In this document: piece after piece, positions 11,877 to 22,968 of the stretch
Layout: each line of letters opens with the position of its first letter
Numbering within the stretch: the stretch's first letter is position 1
Assembly: GCA_038087875.1 (NCBI GenBank)
Contig: CM075993.1
Location: forward strand, 1,614,001 to 1,678,000
DNA from: Malacoraja senta
Taxonomy: Eukaryota
Direction: 5' to 3'
Length of the DNA stretch: 64,000 bases
Notes under the pieces: generated by a model
Database searches by the model: none
Told to the model about the DNA's origin: nothing
What the model saw: only the letters and a program-made list of their open reading frames with translations
Made by a program: the position numbers and the translations under genes

Positions 11877-12455
11877 ACCGGGATGGCGGGACTGTCATAT
11901 GCTGAGAGAATGGAGCGGCTGGGCTTGTACACTCTGGAGTTTAGAAGGATGAGAGGGCATCTTATTGAAACATATAAGATTATTAAGGGTTTGGACACGC
12001 TAGAGGCAGGAAGAAGTCTGAAGAAGGGTTTCGGCCCGAAACGTTGCCTATTTCCTTTGCTCCATAGATGCTGCTGCACCCGCTGAGTTTCTCCAGCACT
12101 TTTGTCTACCCTAGAGGCAGAAACATGTTTCCGATGTTGGGGGAGTCCAGAACCAGGGGCCACAGTTTAAGAATAAGGGGTAAGCCACTTAGAACGGAGA
12201 TGAGGAAACACTTTTTCACACAGAGTGTTGTGAGTCTGTGGAATTCTCTGCCTCAGAGGGCGGTGGAGGCCAATTCACTGGATACTTTCAAGAGAGAGCT
12301 AGATAGGGCTCTTAAAGATAGCAGAGTCAGGGGATATGGGAAGAGTGCAGGAACGGGGTACAGATTGGGGATGATCAGCCATGATCACATTGAATGGCGG
12401 TGCTGGCTCGAAGGGCCGAATAGCCTACTCCTGCACCTATTGTCTATTGTCTATT
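11877..12455 (+). mobile_element. CR1 3' fragment interrupted by a Penelope pseudo-LTR (12013-12110)
   Basis: GMAGLSYAERMERLGLYTLEFRRMRG...LEAG resumes as RNMFPMLGESRTRGHSL; duplication ctagaggcag(g/a)aa at 12000-12012 and 12111-12123. Confidence 0.85.
12014..12048 (+). ncRNA. Minimal type I hammerhead-like ribozyme motif of a Penelope pseudo-LTR (representative copy)
   Basis: CUGAAGA core, extra A, stem II GGGU-UUCG-GCCC, GAAA, palindromic ACGU stem III. Activity is not tested. Confidence 0.6.
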
Positions 12456-12792
12456 GCCCAGAGGTTGTGTGACTCCTTGAGTTCCTCCAACACTGTGTTT
12501 TGCTCAAGATTCTAGCATCTGCAATTTCTTAGAGTAATAGAGTCATAGAGACAAACAGCATGGAAATAATCCCTTCATCCCAACTTCTCCATGCCAACCA
12601 TCCTATGCCCATCTAAGCTAGTCCCATTTGCCTGCGTTTGCCCCATAACTCTCCAACCCTTTCCTAACCATGTACCTGTCCAAGTGTCTTTTAATTGAAG
12701 TTATAGTACCTGCCTCAACTCCCGGCGGCGGTTTCTTGTGTCTCCAGTTATGATCTGCTGAGGGATATCAGTGGTAATTCTCTAGACAAGAT

Positions 12793-12933
12793 CTTCTTCT
12801 TCTTGCGTATGGCGTGCACAGCCTAAAGTTGTAGGGCAACTTGTTCTATTTGATCTTATTTGATTGTGCACGCCGGATTGATTGCATTCGTTGAAACAGG
12901 GCGGGCCACGTGAAGGTTGCAATCTCCCACCCC
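12793..12933 (-). mobile_element. HDV-ribozyme-headed SINE-like element, copy 2 (full length, 141 bp)
   Basis: 12-bp TSD tc(t/c)agacaagat at 12781-12792 and 12934-12945; 3' tail ATACGCAAGAAGAAGAAG; two other copies in the window. Confidence 0.9.
12880..12933 (-). ncRNA. Minimal HDV-like (CPEB3-type) self-cleaving ribozyme, predicted
   Basis: GGGGUGG(P1) GA GAUUGCA(P2) ACC(P3) UUCACGU(L3) GGC(P3') CCGCCCU(P1') GU UUCAA CGAA(J4/2) UGCAAUC(P2'). Confidence 0.85.
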
Positions 12934-13276
12934 TCCAGACAAGATAAAACTCAGCCACTCAACACCCCACAGACTCAGAATAACAGGAGACGGGTGTGGA
13001 AGCCTGACGTGTACTCAGGTTTTAAAACAGTTGAACAATTGGACAACAGCCAGCGAGATTCACCTCAACAAGTCACAATGCTATAGCCAGTCTAATTTTC
13101 ATGCAAAACTTTGCATTGTTTTTATAATATTTTATATAAATGCAAATTATTTAATAATAGTTGATTCAGTTAGGTTACAACAATAATGCAAGAAAAAGCG
13201 TTTCCCAATTCAGAGTGTAGCAAAACTGTCAGCTCATAATTAGGTTTATTGCGCAGTCAATACATTTTCTGTAAAA

Positions 13277-13940
13277 AAGACATAAAGCGCTGGAGTAACT
13301 CAGTGGGTCAGGGATCAACTCTGGAGAACATGGATAGGCTACATTTTGGGTTAGGACCCTTATTCAGCAAGGGGGAGAAAGGTGGAAGAGAGGGGGGAGG
13401 GGGGGGGGGGGGGGGGCAAGACAAAGCCAGGCAAGTGATAGGTGGAAGACAGGCATGTTTGGTGCTTAGTTACCTAAAATTGGAGAATTCAATAATTCAA
13501 TGTTCCAGCAATGGTGGCAGTGGTTACCCAGAAGTCCACACGCTGCCAAAAGTGAGTGCGCTGAACGGAGCTTGGCGCCACAGTTAGTAATCTCAGTGAG
13601 TAGGAACAACAGCATCTCATATTTCACTTGGGCAGCTTCTCGAACTTCAAGTAACCCCGACATTCCCTCTCTCTCTATCCCATCCCCCACCCAAGTCGCA
13701 CCAGCTTCACATGGTCACCCAACAAACAGCTAACAATGGCCTGTTTCCTTTATCATTGTTACTTTTTTGCATATCTTTCATTCATTGTTCTTTATCTTTC
13801 TACACCATTGTCTATATCCCTCCTTTCCCTTTGCCCTAACTGGTCTGAAGAAGGATCTCGACCCGAAACGTCACCAATTCCTTCTCTCCAGAGATGCTGT
13901 CTGTCCCGCTAAGTTACTCCAGTTTTTTGTGTCTATCTCA
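13277..13940. mobile_element. Inverted pair of Penelope 3' fragments
   Basis: Minus arm at 13277-13500 and plus arm at 13590-13940, which carries the EQQHLIFHLGS endonuclease remnant and ctgaagaaggatctcgacccgaaacgtc. Confidence 0.7.
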
Positions 13941-15851
13941 TTGAGTTATTCCAGACGGGATGGGGATGGGGATGGGGATTCCAATTTACGTACAATCTGA
14001 CTTACTGTATGTAAGCGTTCACAGAACAAAACCCTCATGCAAGTTTTGGAGTCAAGTAGCCTGATAAGCTGACCTCAATATAGAGCATCACTGCACGACC
14101 CTGTGGTGGCACAAAGTGCTGGACTAATTCAGCTGGTCAGGCAGCATCTCTGGAGAACATGGACAGGTGATGTTTCAACTTTGGACCCTTCTTTTCAGAT
14201 GGGAAAATCAGCATCTGCAGTTCCTTGTTTCTACCTCTTAAAGAGGACGTACCTGTTCCAGGAACCACAGGTTAAAATCACTCCAGGCGTTCAGGCAGCT
14301 AGCTCGTAGACACAAGGAACTGCAGATGCTGGTTTACAAAAATAGACACAAAGTGCTGGAGTAATTCAACAGGTCAGGCAGCATCTCTGGAGGACATGGA
14401 TGGGCAACCTTTCAGTATGGGATCCTTCCATAGGCTGATTGTAGTTGGGGGAAGAAAGCTGGAAGAGAGGTAGGAGTAGGACAAAGCCTGGCAAGTGATA
14501 AGTGTAGAAACTGCAGATGCTGGTTTACACTGAACATAGACACAAAATGCTGGAGTAACTCAGCGGGACAGGCAGCATCGCTGGAAAGAAGGAATAGGTG
14601 ACGTTTTGGGTTGTGACCCTTCACAGTCCTTCCCTCCAGAGATGCTTCCTGTCTCGCTGAGTTACCCCAGCATTTTGTACCTCTCCTGGTGGATATAAGT
14701 GAGGGGGGGTGGGGGTTGTGATGGGCAGATGGTTGCTAAGTTAGCAACTTGCTTGGAAGCCATGTTTGGATGTGGCCAACTTTCAGATGCAGCCAGGGAT
14801 CTGGCAGGTGGGATGGAGAGGAGTGTGTTCACAGCCTTCACGGAATGACAAAACCTTCCAGGCTTCTAATGTAACAGGTTTACAAAAACTACACGAACGC
14901 TATTCCCACAAAGGTCACCCCAACCTACGTGGTCAAAGATTTAGTAACCAGTGATTTTGTTTTGAGATGTTGTATAAAACCTGATGTATATCAACGAACA
15001 AATCAAAAATAATTGAACAGAAGTTAGTTAAGCGTCACCATGTCAGGACGCTGAGGTCAGAACAGCACAAAGGAGTGTTTGGAAGCATTTTGAAAAGTAA
15101 CTCATGGCTGTCTTTATATTGCATCCACTGGTCTCGGGGAGATTGAACAGCTCTGCAATCCTTTAGGAACCCTCCATGCTCCAATGTTGGTCCTTTGCAT
15201 CTCGGTTCTCTTGGTCTCTCCTCTCTGGACACTGTTTCAGTTCAGTTCAGCTCAGTTGAATTTATTGTCAAGTGTACCACGGTTGTATTTCAGCTATCTA
15301 CACTCTGGATTTCCATTGTTAATCCACCAATCCCTCTGTAGTATCACATTCCCTGCTTAGACTTTTGGTTTCCTGCCCCTAACATCTCCAGGTATGGCTA
15401 CGGAGCAAATCTGTGCTGAGAAATGATCTTCTGGCGCTGCCTGCAAATCTTATCACGTTGAAGACACATTACCCATATGTAATCTGCCCCGTCCTCTGTC
15501 CAATTGATTCCATTTGTCATCAAATGAAGAAAAGTCCTGACCATTCTCCTGACGATAATATGTGGGCAGAGAATTACACAAAATAGGTGGTTGTGCAGGC
15601 TGAGAGATGGTGGTAGAAGATAGTTAGAGACACAGTGGTCATGTTCCTCACCATATGCCAATCCCAGGGGAAACCAGCTACCAAGACAGATGTGTACAGC
15701 AATTCATTCTTCCCCTGCACAATTAAAGCATGGAATAATCTTCACCCTACCATAGTTACTCAACCAGACGCAACTAAATTTAAGGTAGCTCTTCTTCTCC
15801 AAGAATCCTTTTTTGCTTAAGTCCAACCTCCGCCACCTCCAGTTTAAATTC

Positions 15852-17191
15852 TGCCTGGACCTGATGGCATACCCGGTCGTGTTCTAAAAACCTGTGTGGA
15901 CCAACTGGCTGGAGTTTTTACGGACATTTTGAGGTCTGAGGTTCCCACCTGCTTTAAATGGGCATCAATTATACCGGTGCCCAAGAAGAGCAAGGTGACG
16001 TGCCACAATGACTATCGACCAGTGGCACTAACATCGGTGGTGATGAAGTGCTTTGAGAGGTTGATCATGGTGCAAATCAACTCCTACCTCGACAAAAACC
16101 TGGACCCACTGCAGTTCGCTTACCGCCACACAGATCAACGGTGGATGCGATCTCGCTGGCCCTCCACTACGCTCTGGACCACTTGGACAACAAAAACTCA
16201 TATGTCAGGCTGTTATTCATTGACTACAGCTCAGCATTTAATACAATCATCCCCTCCAAGCTGGTTACCAAACTCTCAGAACTGGGTCTCTGCGCATTCC
16301 TCTGCAATTGGATCCTCGACTTCCTCATTCACAGACCACAGTCTGTCCATATTGGTGGAAATGTGTCGGCCTCGATAACAATCAGCACGGGAGCACCTCA
16401 AGGCTGCATGCTCAGCCCCCTCCTGTACTCACTCTATACTCATGACTGCTTAGCCGGTCATAGTGCGAACTCCATCATCAAGTTCGCTGACGACACCACT
16501 GTTGTGGGACGTATCACTGATGGAGATGAGTCAGAGTATAGAAGTGAGATCGACCGTTTGACCAAATGGTGCCAGCACAATAACCTGGCTCTCAACACCA
16601 GCAAAACCAAGGTACTGATTGTGGACGGGGTAGGATGGGGACCCATAGTCCCATTTATATCAACGGGTCGATGGTGGAGAGGGTCAAGAGCTTCAAATTC
16701 CTGGGCGTGCATATCTCTGAAGATCTCTCCTGATGCAATTATAAAGTAAGCACATCAATGCCTTTACTTCCTGAGAAGATTACGGAGAGTCGGTATGTCA
16801 AGGAGGACTCTCTCGAACTTCTACAGGTGCACAGTAGAGAGCATGCTGACCGGTTGCATCGTGGCTTGGTTCGGCAACTTGAGCGCCCAGGAGTGGAAAA
16901 GACTGCAAAAAGTTGTAAACACTGCCCAGTCCATCATCGACTCTGACCTCCCTACCATCGAGGGGATCTATCACAGTCGCTGCCTCAAAAAGGCTGCCAG
17001 CATCATCAAGGATCTACACCATCCTGGCCACTCACTCATCTCCCCGCTGCCTTCAGGTAGAAGGTACAGGAGCCCGAAATCTGCAACATCCAGGTTCAGG
17101 AATAGCTACTTCCCCACAGCCATCAGGCTATTAAACTCAACTCAAACAAAACTCTGAACATTAATAGCCCATTGTACTTTATCTGCTTATT

Positions 17192-17288
<97 letters not shown>

Positions 17289-17420
17289 TCAATGGTATAT
17301 GGTCACACTGATCTGTTCTGTATTTATTTATGCCTACTATATTCTGTTGTGCTGAAGCAAAGCAAGAATTTCATTGTCCTATCTGGGACACATGACAATA
17401 AACTCTCTTGAATCTTTAAT
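15852..17420 (+). mobile_element. Rex1/Babar-clade LINE, 5'-truncated, frameshifted RT
   Basis: [96 protein letters not shown]; 3' end tgacaataaa plus cttgaat repeats. Confidence 0.9.
17200..17288. repeat. (TA)n microsatellite in the Rex1 3' UTR
   Basis: Direct reading. Confidence 0.95.
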
Positions 17421-17680
17421 ATTTTGGAGGACCAAGAACCAAAAACCAAGAAGAAGGAGATAGAGGCAGTCACAATGGACTATCTATTGTGGCCAGTTCA
17501 AAGAACTGGAAAGATTGTACCGACACTATCTCTGCAACATCATCACAGCAGGACAAACAAACTAATCAGCAACCTCTCCCAAGCCAGCAACCTTGGGAAT
17601 TAATTCTCTAACTTCAAGTAAACATTGCATCTCCCCTCTCTCTGTCCCTCCCCCACCCTAGTCATCATACTAGTTTCACT

Positions 17681-17884
17681 AGGTACACAAAAATGCTGGA
17701 GAAACTCAGCGGGTGCAGCAGCATCTATGGAGCGAAGGAAATAGGTAACGTTTCGGGCCGAAACCCTTCTTCGGCCCGAAACGTTACCTATTTCCTTCGC
17801 TCCATAGATGCTGCTGCACCCGCTGAGTTTCTCCAGCATTTTTGTGTACCTTCGATTTTCCAGCATCTGCAGTTCCTTCTTTAA
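17681..17884. mobile_element. Young inverted Penelope pseudo-LTR pair with 15-bp TSD, inserted in an older Penelope 3' end
   Basis: About 80-bp near-perfect inverted arms; TSD catactagtttcact at 17666-17680 and 17885-17899. Confidence 0.85.
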
Positions 17885-19916
17885 CATACTAGTTTCACTG
17901 TTTCCTCTTAAGTTTCAGATGTCTGTATAACTCGTTATCACCTATCCCACAGCCAACAATGGATCAGTGTGGGCTCCACCCATTCCCTCTTTCCAGAGAT
18001 GCTGCCTGACCGGCTGAGTTACTCCAGCTTTTTTGTGTCCATCTTCTAATGAAACCCTCATTACATGGAGTGGGTTGGTCACATTGCAAAGTAATCCAAA
18101 AATTGGAAATGTGTGGATTATATGGGTATTGGGTTTAAATAAATCACATGAATCCTTTCAGCTAAAAACAAGGCATGGGTGTGACATTGTTAGAATGTTA
18201 GCAATCCATGGGATTACATCATCAAGAAGGCTTTGCAATATTTGTTACTGTAAGTGGAAATTGAGCAATCCAAACCTTGAAATCTTATTTGGGTAACAGA
18301 GTTTATAAAAACAGCCATAGCAATAATGGTCATTGCTCAAGAACTGTTGATTGAATCTATCATAGTTAACATAGTTAACATAGCTGAGCCATGGTTGAAC
18401 GACTATGGGATTGAGAAATAGACAGATAACAAAATAGAATTAAATATAAATGATCATGCCCAGATATAGATTGGCATCCTGGAAATTCAATCTGAGAAAA
18501 TTAAATTAACAGCATATGCTGGAAATCTGGAACACATACATGTCATGTTGGAAGCACTCAAACAGTATTTGTGGAAAGAAAACAGTCAATGTTTCGGGTC
18601 AAAGATCTTTTACCAGAACTGGGAAAACAAACTAGTTTTAAGTTGCAGAAAGTTTGGGGGAGGGTTGGATTGGGCAAGCACCAGGGCTCCCACAATGATA
18701 GGTGGTTGACCAAGTTATAGGTTAGTGAGGAACGTTAGTGTAAAAGAACGAGTAAATACAAACAAAGGAAGATAACTGAGGGCGGCACAGTGGCACAGCG
18801 GTAGAGTTACTGCCTCACAGCACCAGAGACCCGGGTTCCTTACTACCGGTGCTGTCTGTACCCTCTCCCCATGACCGCGCGAGAAAAAAAAAGTACAACC
18901 AATGCTGAAACTGTGAGACACCAAAGCCTGCAGATTCTACAAATCAATTTAGAAAGCAATGGTGGAAGGTTCAGCGGGTCAGGCAGCAGTAGTGGATAGA
19001 GCAGAGGTTAAAGGTTGATGATGACCTATTATCAGAGCTGGTCAAAGCAGAAATGTAAGTTACCTGAAATTGTTGCACTCAGTATGAACTCCTGAGGGTG
19101 GCGACGTGTTTGGTCGGAAGATGGGAAGATGCTCTTCAAGCTTACATTGAGTTTGGTTGGAGCTGTGTAAGAAACCAAGACAGAGAGGGGTGGAATGGAA
19201 ACATTAAAGTCACTCAGGATCATCTTTGTAGACTGAATGGACCTCTTCAATAAAGTCCAGGTCACAAAAGTCATTAAACTTTAGACTAATGTCTCAAAGT
19301 CTACAATAAAGTAAAGTAACTTTACTGGAGTAAAGTCACCCACTCTGTGTTCCGTTTCCCCAACCTAAACCATAACTCTTTCTCCCCTAAGTCTCTCTGG
19401 TTCTCAGCTTTCACTTTTTCCTTTAAGACACTACTCAAACTATATTGTTATGATCTGATTCCTATGCAATTGAGTCAACTTTTGTTTGATAATGTTCCAG
19501 TTTTGCTCCATAATAGTAATTAAAAGCTGTTGTCCCTCCTCATTCTCCTGTCTGCACTGTTCAGTCATCTGGTGCCCATTACACCAGAGGGGTGTATTTC
19601 ACCAAGTGGTTGAACATAAAACGTCAACACAGAAAGCTTCTGAATTAAAGAGGCTTGAGGAGATGGTCTGTGTCGTGAAGCTAACCAGTAGGAACCTGTA
19701 ACGAACAATTTAATTTAAACAATAGTTTTAAACAATAGAATGAGTCAACAATCTGCTAGGAAGTGTGCGTGGGAGGCAGGAGTAGGATTACATTGTGTGG
19801 GAAGGAAATGCAAATGCTGGTTTAAACCGAAGATAGACACAAAATGCCGGAGTAACTCAGCGGGACAGGCAGCATCTCTGGAGAGAAGGAATGGGTGACG
19901 TTTCGGGTCGAGACCC

Positions 19917-20104
19917 TGTCACATCCTGACCGCAGATGTGAAGTGATAATGATTCTGACACATTATGGTTACATTCCATTCTCCGAGTTTATTATCTCAC
20001 ACACCAATGGCCTCCTGCCTTGGCTTACACAGTGCACATGCAATCTGACCTCCAAGTCAGCTGATACAAAGGTCATGATATTTGCAAATCATCATCGTGA
20101 CTCA
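19917..20104 (-). repeat. 3' LTR of the Gypsy element
   Basis: Direct repeat of 24057-24264; TG...CA ends. Confidence 0.9.
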
Positions 20105-20114
20105 TCCCTCCTTT
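20105..20114 (-). promoter_or_regulatory. Polypurine tract
   Basis: AAAGGAGGGA immediately upstream of the 3' LTR on the minus strand. Confidence 0.8.
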
Positions 20115-20303
20115 ACCAAAATTAAACTTTAAATTAACATGTGTTCTTTCTAATATACTTTCCAATTAAATTATTACAAAACATATTTGTGTTTTCATTT
20201 GTATTCCGATAACTCACGAAACAGATGCATTCCAAGTACAAAACAAATAAAAAAATTTACACTCTCATAACCTTAATAAACTCCTTGCTCATAATAAACG
20301 GTA

Positions 20304-22968
20304 TCATAATAACACAAAATCGTCGTATCTCTTGGGGACTCTCCTTTCACGGTTTGGTCTACCAGTTGGCACAGAAGCATCAGAGACTGTTGAATCTGTC
20401 AAAGTGTTGTCACCCAGACACCTTCTCTGCTCACCACCTGCGTTGCAGTGTGCTGCTTCTGGAAGTCTGGGCACCACCTCGGAAATGTCGTCTGGCCCCT
20501 CTGAATCAGTAGCTCTTGGTGGATTTTGGCCACCTCGTTTTGTGTGTCTCGAGACATGTACTTTTTGACGCTCGATACATTTCTCTTGTAGATAACACCT
20601 TCTGGAGACTTGACTGTCACCATGCTGCCGCTCCTCGATACAACATTGTATGGCTGGCAATGATAAGGAGTGTCTATCTTACAATCATCATCTCGCCTCA
20701 CAAGCACGTCATCACCAGACATTATTTCAGATTGCCAGGCTCCACGTTTCAAGTCGGGTTACCATTTTGCCGCACCTTTCTTTTCGGCATCACAGTCTCT
20801 CAGCTCCTGGTCTTCCGTGATCTCTCGCACTTCTGGTATTTTAGTACGAATTTTCCTTCCAAACAAAGCTTCTGCTGGACTTTCCCCTGTCGTTGAGTGA
20901 GTGATCGCCCGATATACAGCTACGTTCACTAACAGTGCCTCCTTCCAGTTTTTCCCTTCGGCATGGGTGATTCGTATCCTCTTCTCTATGGACTGGTTTG
21001 GTCTCGCTACTTCTCCATTAGCTTGTGGCCATTTCGGAGTCACTTTGTGATGATGGATGCCTGTAATTCTCATGTATTCAGCAAACGTCTCAGAAACAAA
21101 CTGTTGCCCATTGTCGGAGTACAATGCAACAGGCAACCCGTGTCTGGCGAAAATCTCTGCTAATGCCTGTACAGTCGTTGACTTCATCACTGCATACTCA
21201 TAGTACCTACTATAGTAGTCTACCACTACCATAATTGATTCACCTGTTGGAAGTGGTCCAAGAAAGTCACAGCTACTTCAACCCATCGTCCTGTTGGACT
21301 TTGTACTTCTAGTTGGTTCTGGTGGGTTGCTCCTGCTTGTGATTTGGCATCCGTGACAGGTCTTGACAAATTTTTCAGCATTTTTCTCACAACCTGGCCA
21401 CCACACTTTGCTCCACAAATCCTGTTTAGTACCGACGATGCCTAAATGTCCTTCATGAGCTAATGGCACAATCCTTGGTCGTAGTGCCTGCGGGATCACC
21501 AATCTGCTACCTCTCAGCACACACTGACCAATTACACAAAATTCATCTTTATGGGAAGTTTGGTTTGTAAGGGCATTGATCCCATTGCCCACTGTGAATA
21601 CGTTCTCTGATATCTTTGAGTTCAGGATCATGTTCTGATTTCCTTTCAACTTCCTTCGTTGTCACGGCTCTTGGCGTTGACCGAATTGCGACGAATCGCA
21701 CAACATTTTCTGCTTCCATCTCTAGCATGGATGTTGCTCCCAGCTGTTCATCGTTCAACAGTCTCGACAACGGGTCCGCCATGTTTGCTTTCCCAGCAAT
21801 GTGGACTACTTTGTACTTGTACTATTGGAGTCTCAGCACCCAATTTTCTATTCTGGCACATGGCTTAGACCTTGTCGAATAAATAACAAGTTCAAATTCA
21901 ATGCCGTACAAGTATGCATGGAACCTTTCACAGGCCCACACTAGTCCCAGTGCTTCTTTCCCTGTTTGAGAATACCTTCTCTCCACGCTGGTTAATGATC
22001 GACTGGCATATGCTATGATTCTGGGTCCATCTGCATGTGTCTGTACCAGCACTGCTCCTAAGCCGACCGGACTAGCATCTGCTATGACTTTTGTTGGTGC
22101 AGCTGGATCATAATATCCAAGGGTTTCTGCACTCATTAGACCCTGTTTCAGTGATTTGAACGCCTGTCTCTGTTCACTACCAAACTTGAACGGTACGTCT
22201 TTCTCAGCGGATCTGCCAGTGTAGCAAAATTTGGAATGAATTTTGCACAATAATTGACCAGTCCTAGAAAACTCCTCATCTCGGTTGCATACTGAGGTTC
22301 ACGTGCATCTGCAACAGCTTTCACTTTAGCTTTGGCTGGGTTCAGCCCTTCACTTGTGAGTGTTCAGCCCTTCACTACTGAGTCAGACGCCAAACTTGCA
22401 CTTGTCTTCATTCACAGTGAGTCCTGCTTCTTGAAGTTTAGTCAACACTAGCTTCAACCTCCTGTCATGCTCTTCGCGACTTGATGCAAGGACGATGATG
22501 TCGTCTGATATGTTTGCTACTCCTGGTACACCTTGAAGCACTGTGGATTTCGTAGTGATAGATCTCGGGATCAGCAATGATTCCAAACATCAGTCTTTTG
22601 TATCGGTACAATCCGCAGTGAGTGATGAATGTTGTCACCTCTCTTGACTCTGGATGTAATTCCAATTGATGATATCTCCACGAGATCAATTTTGGAAAAC
22701 ACTTTACTGGTTGATAACTCTTGCAGCACCTCATCAACCGTAGTAATTGGGTGTCTTTATCTGATTATTGCTTCATTGGCTCCCCTCATGTCAACGCACA
22801 GTCTAATGTCATCATTGGGTTTCGGCACAATCACAACTGGACTCGCCCATGGTGTCGAACGTTCAACTGGTTCAATAATGTCCTGATCAATCAAGTCCTT
22901 GATTTTAGCTTCTACTTTTCCACGGTTCAAATGGCGTTCTCCGCACCAGTTGAGCTATTGGCTTGACA
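20304..22968 (-). pseudogene. Gypsy pol remnant (RT, RNase H, integrase)
   Basis: YHQLELHPESREVTTFITHCGLYRYKRLMFG, ANISDDII, IADASPVGLGAVL, AHEGHLG...CHGCQ, VVVDYYSRY, SDNGQQF, PQANGEV; fragmented across frames. Confidence 0.9.

Larger units (their letters stand above)
15660..17458 (+). mobile_element. CR1/L2-group (Daphne-like) LINE 3' end split by the Rex1 insertion (pieces 15660-15851 and 17421-17458)
   Basis: PATKTDVYSNSFFPCTIKAWNNL C-terminal motif; a putative (accaaga)n tail resumes after the Rex1 element. Confidence 0.5.
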
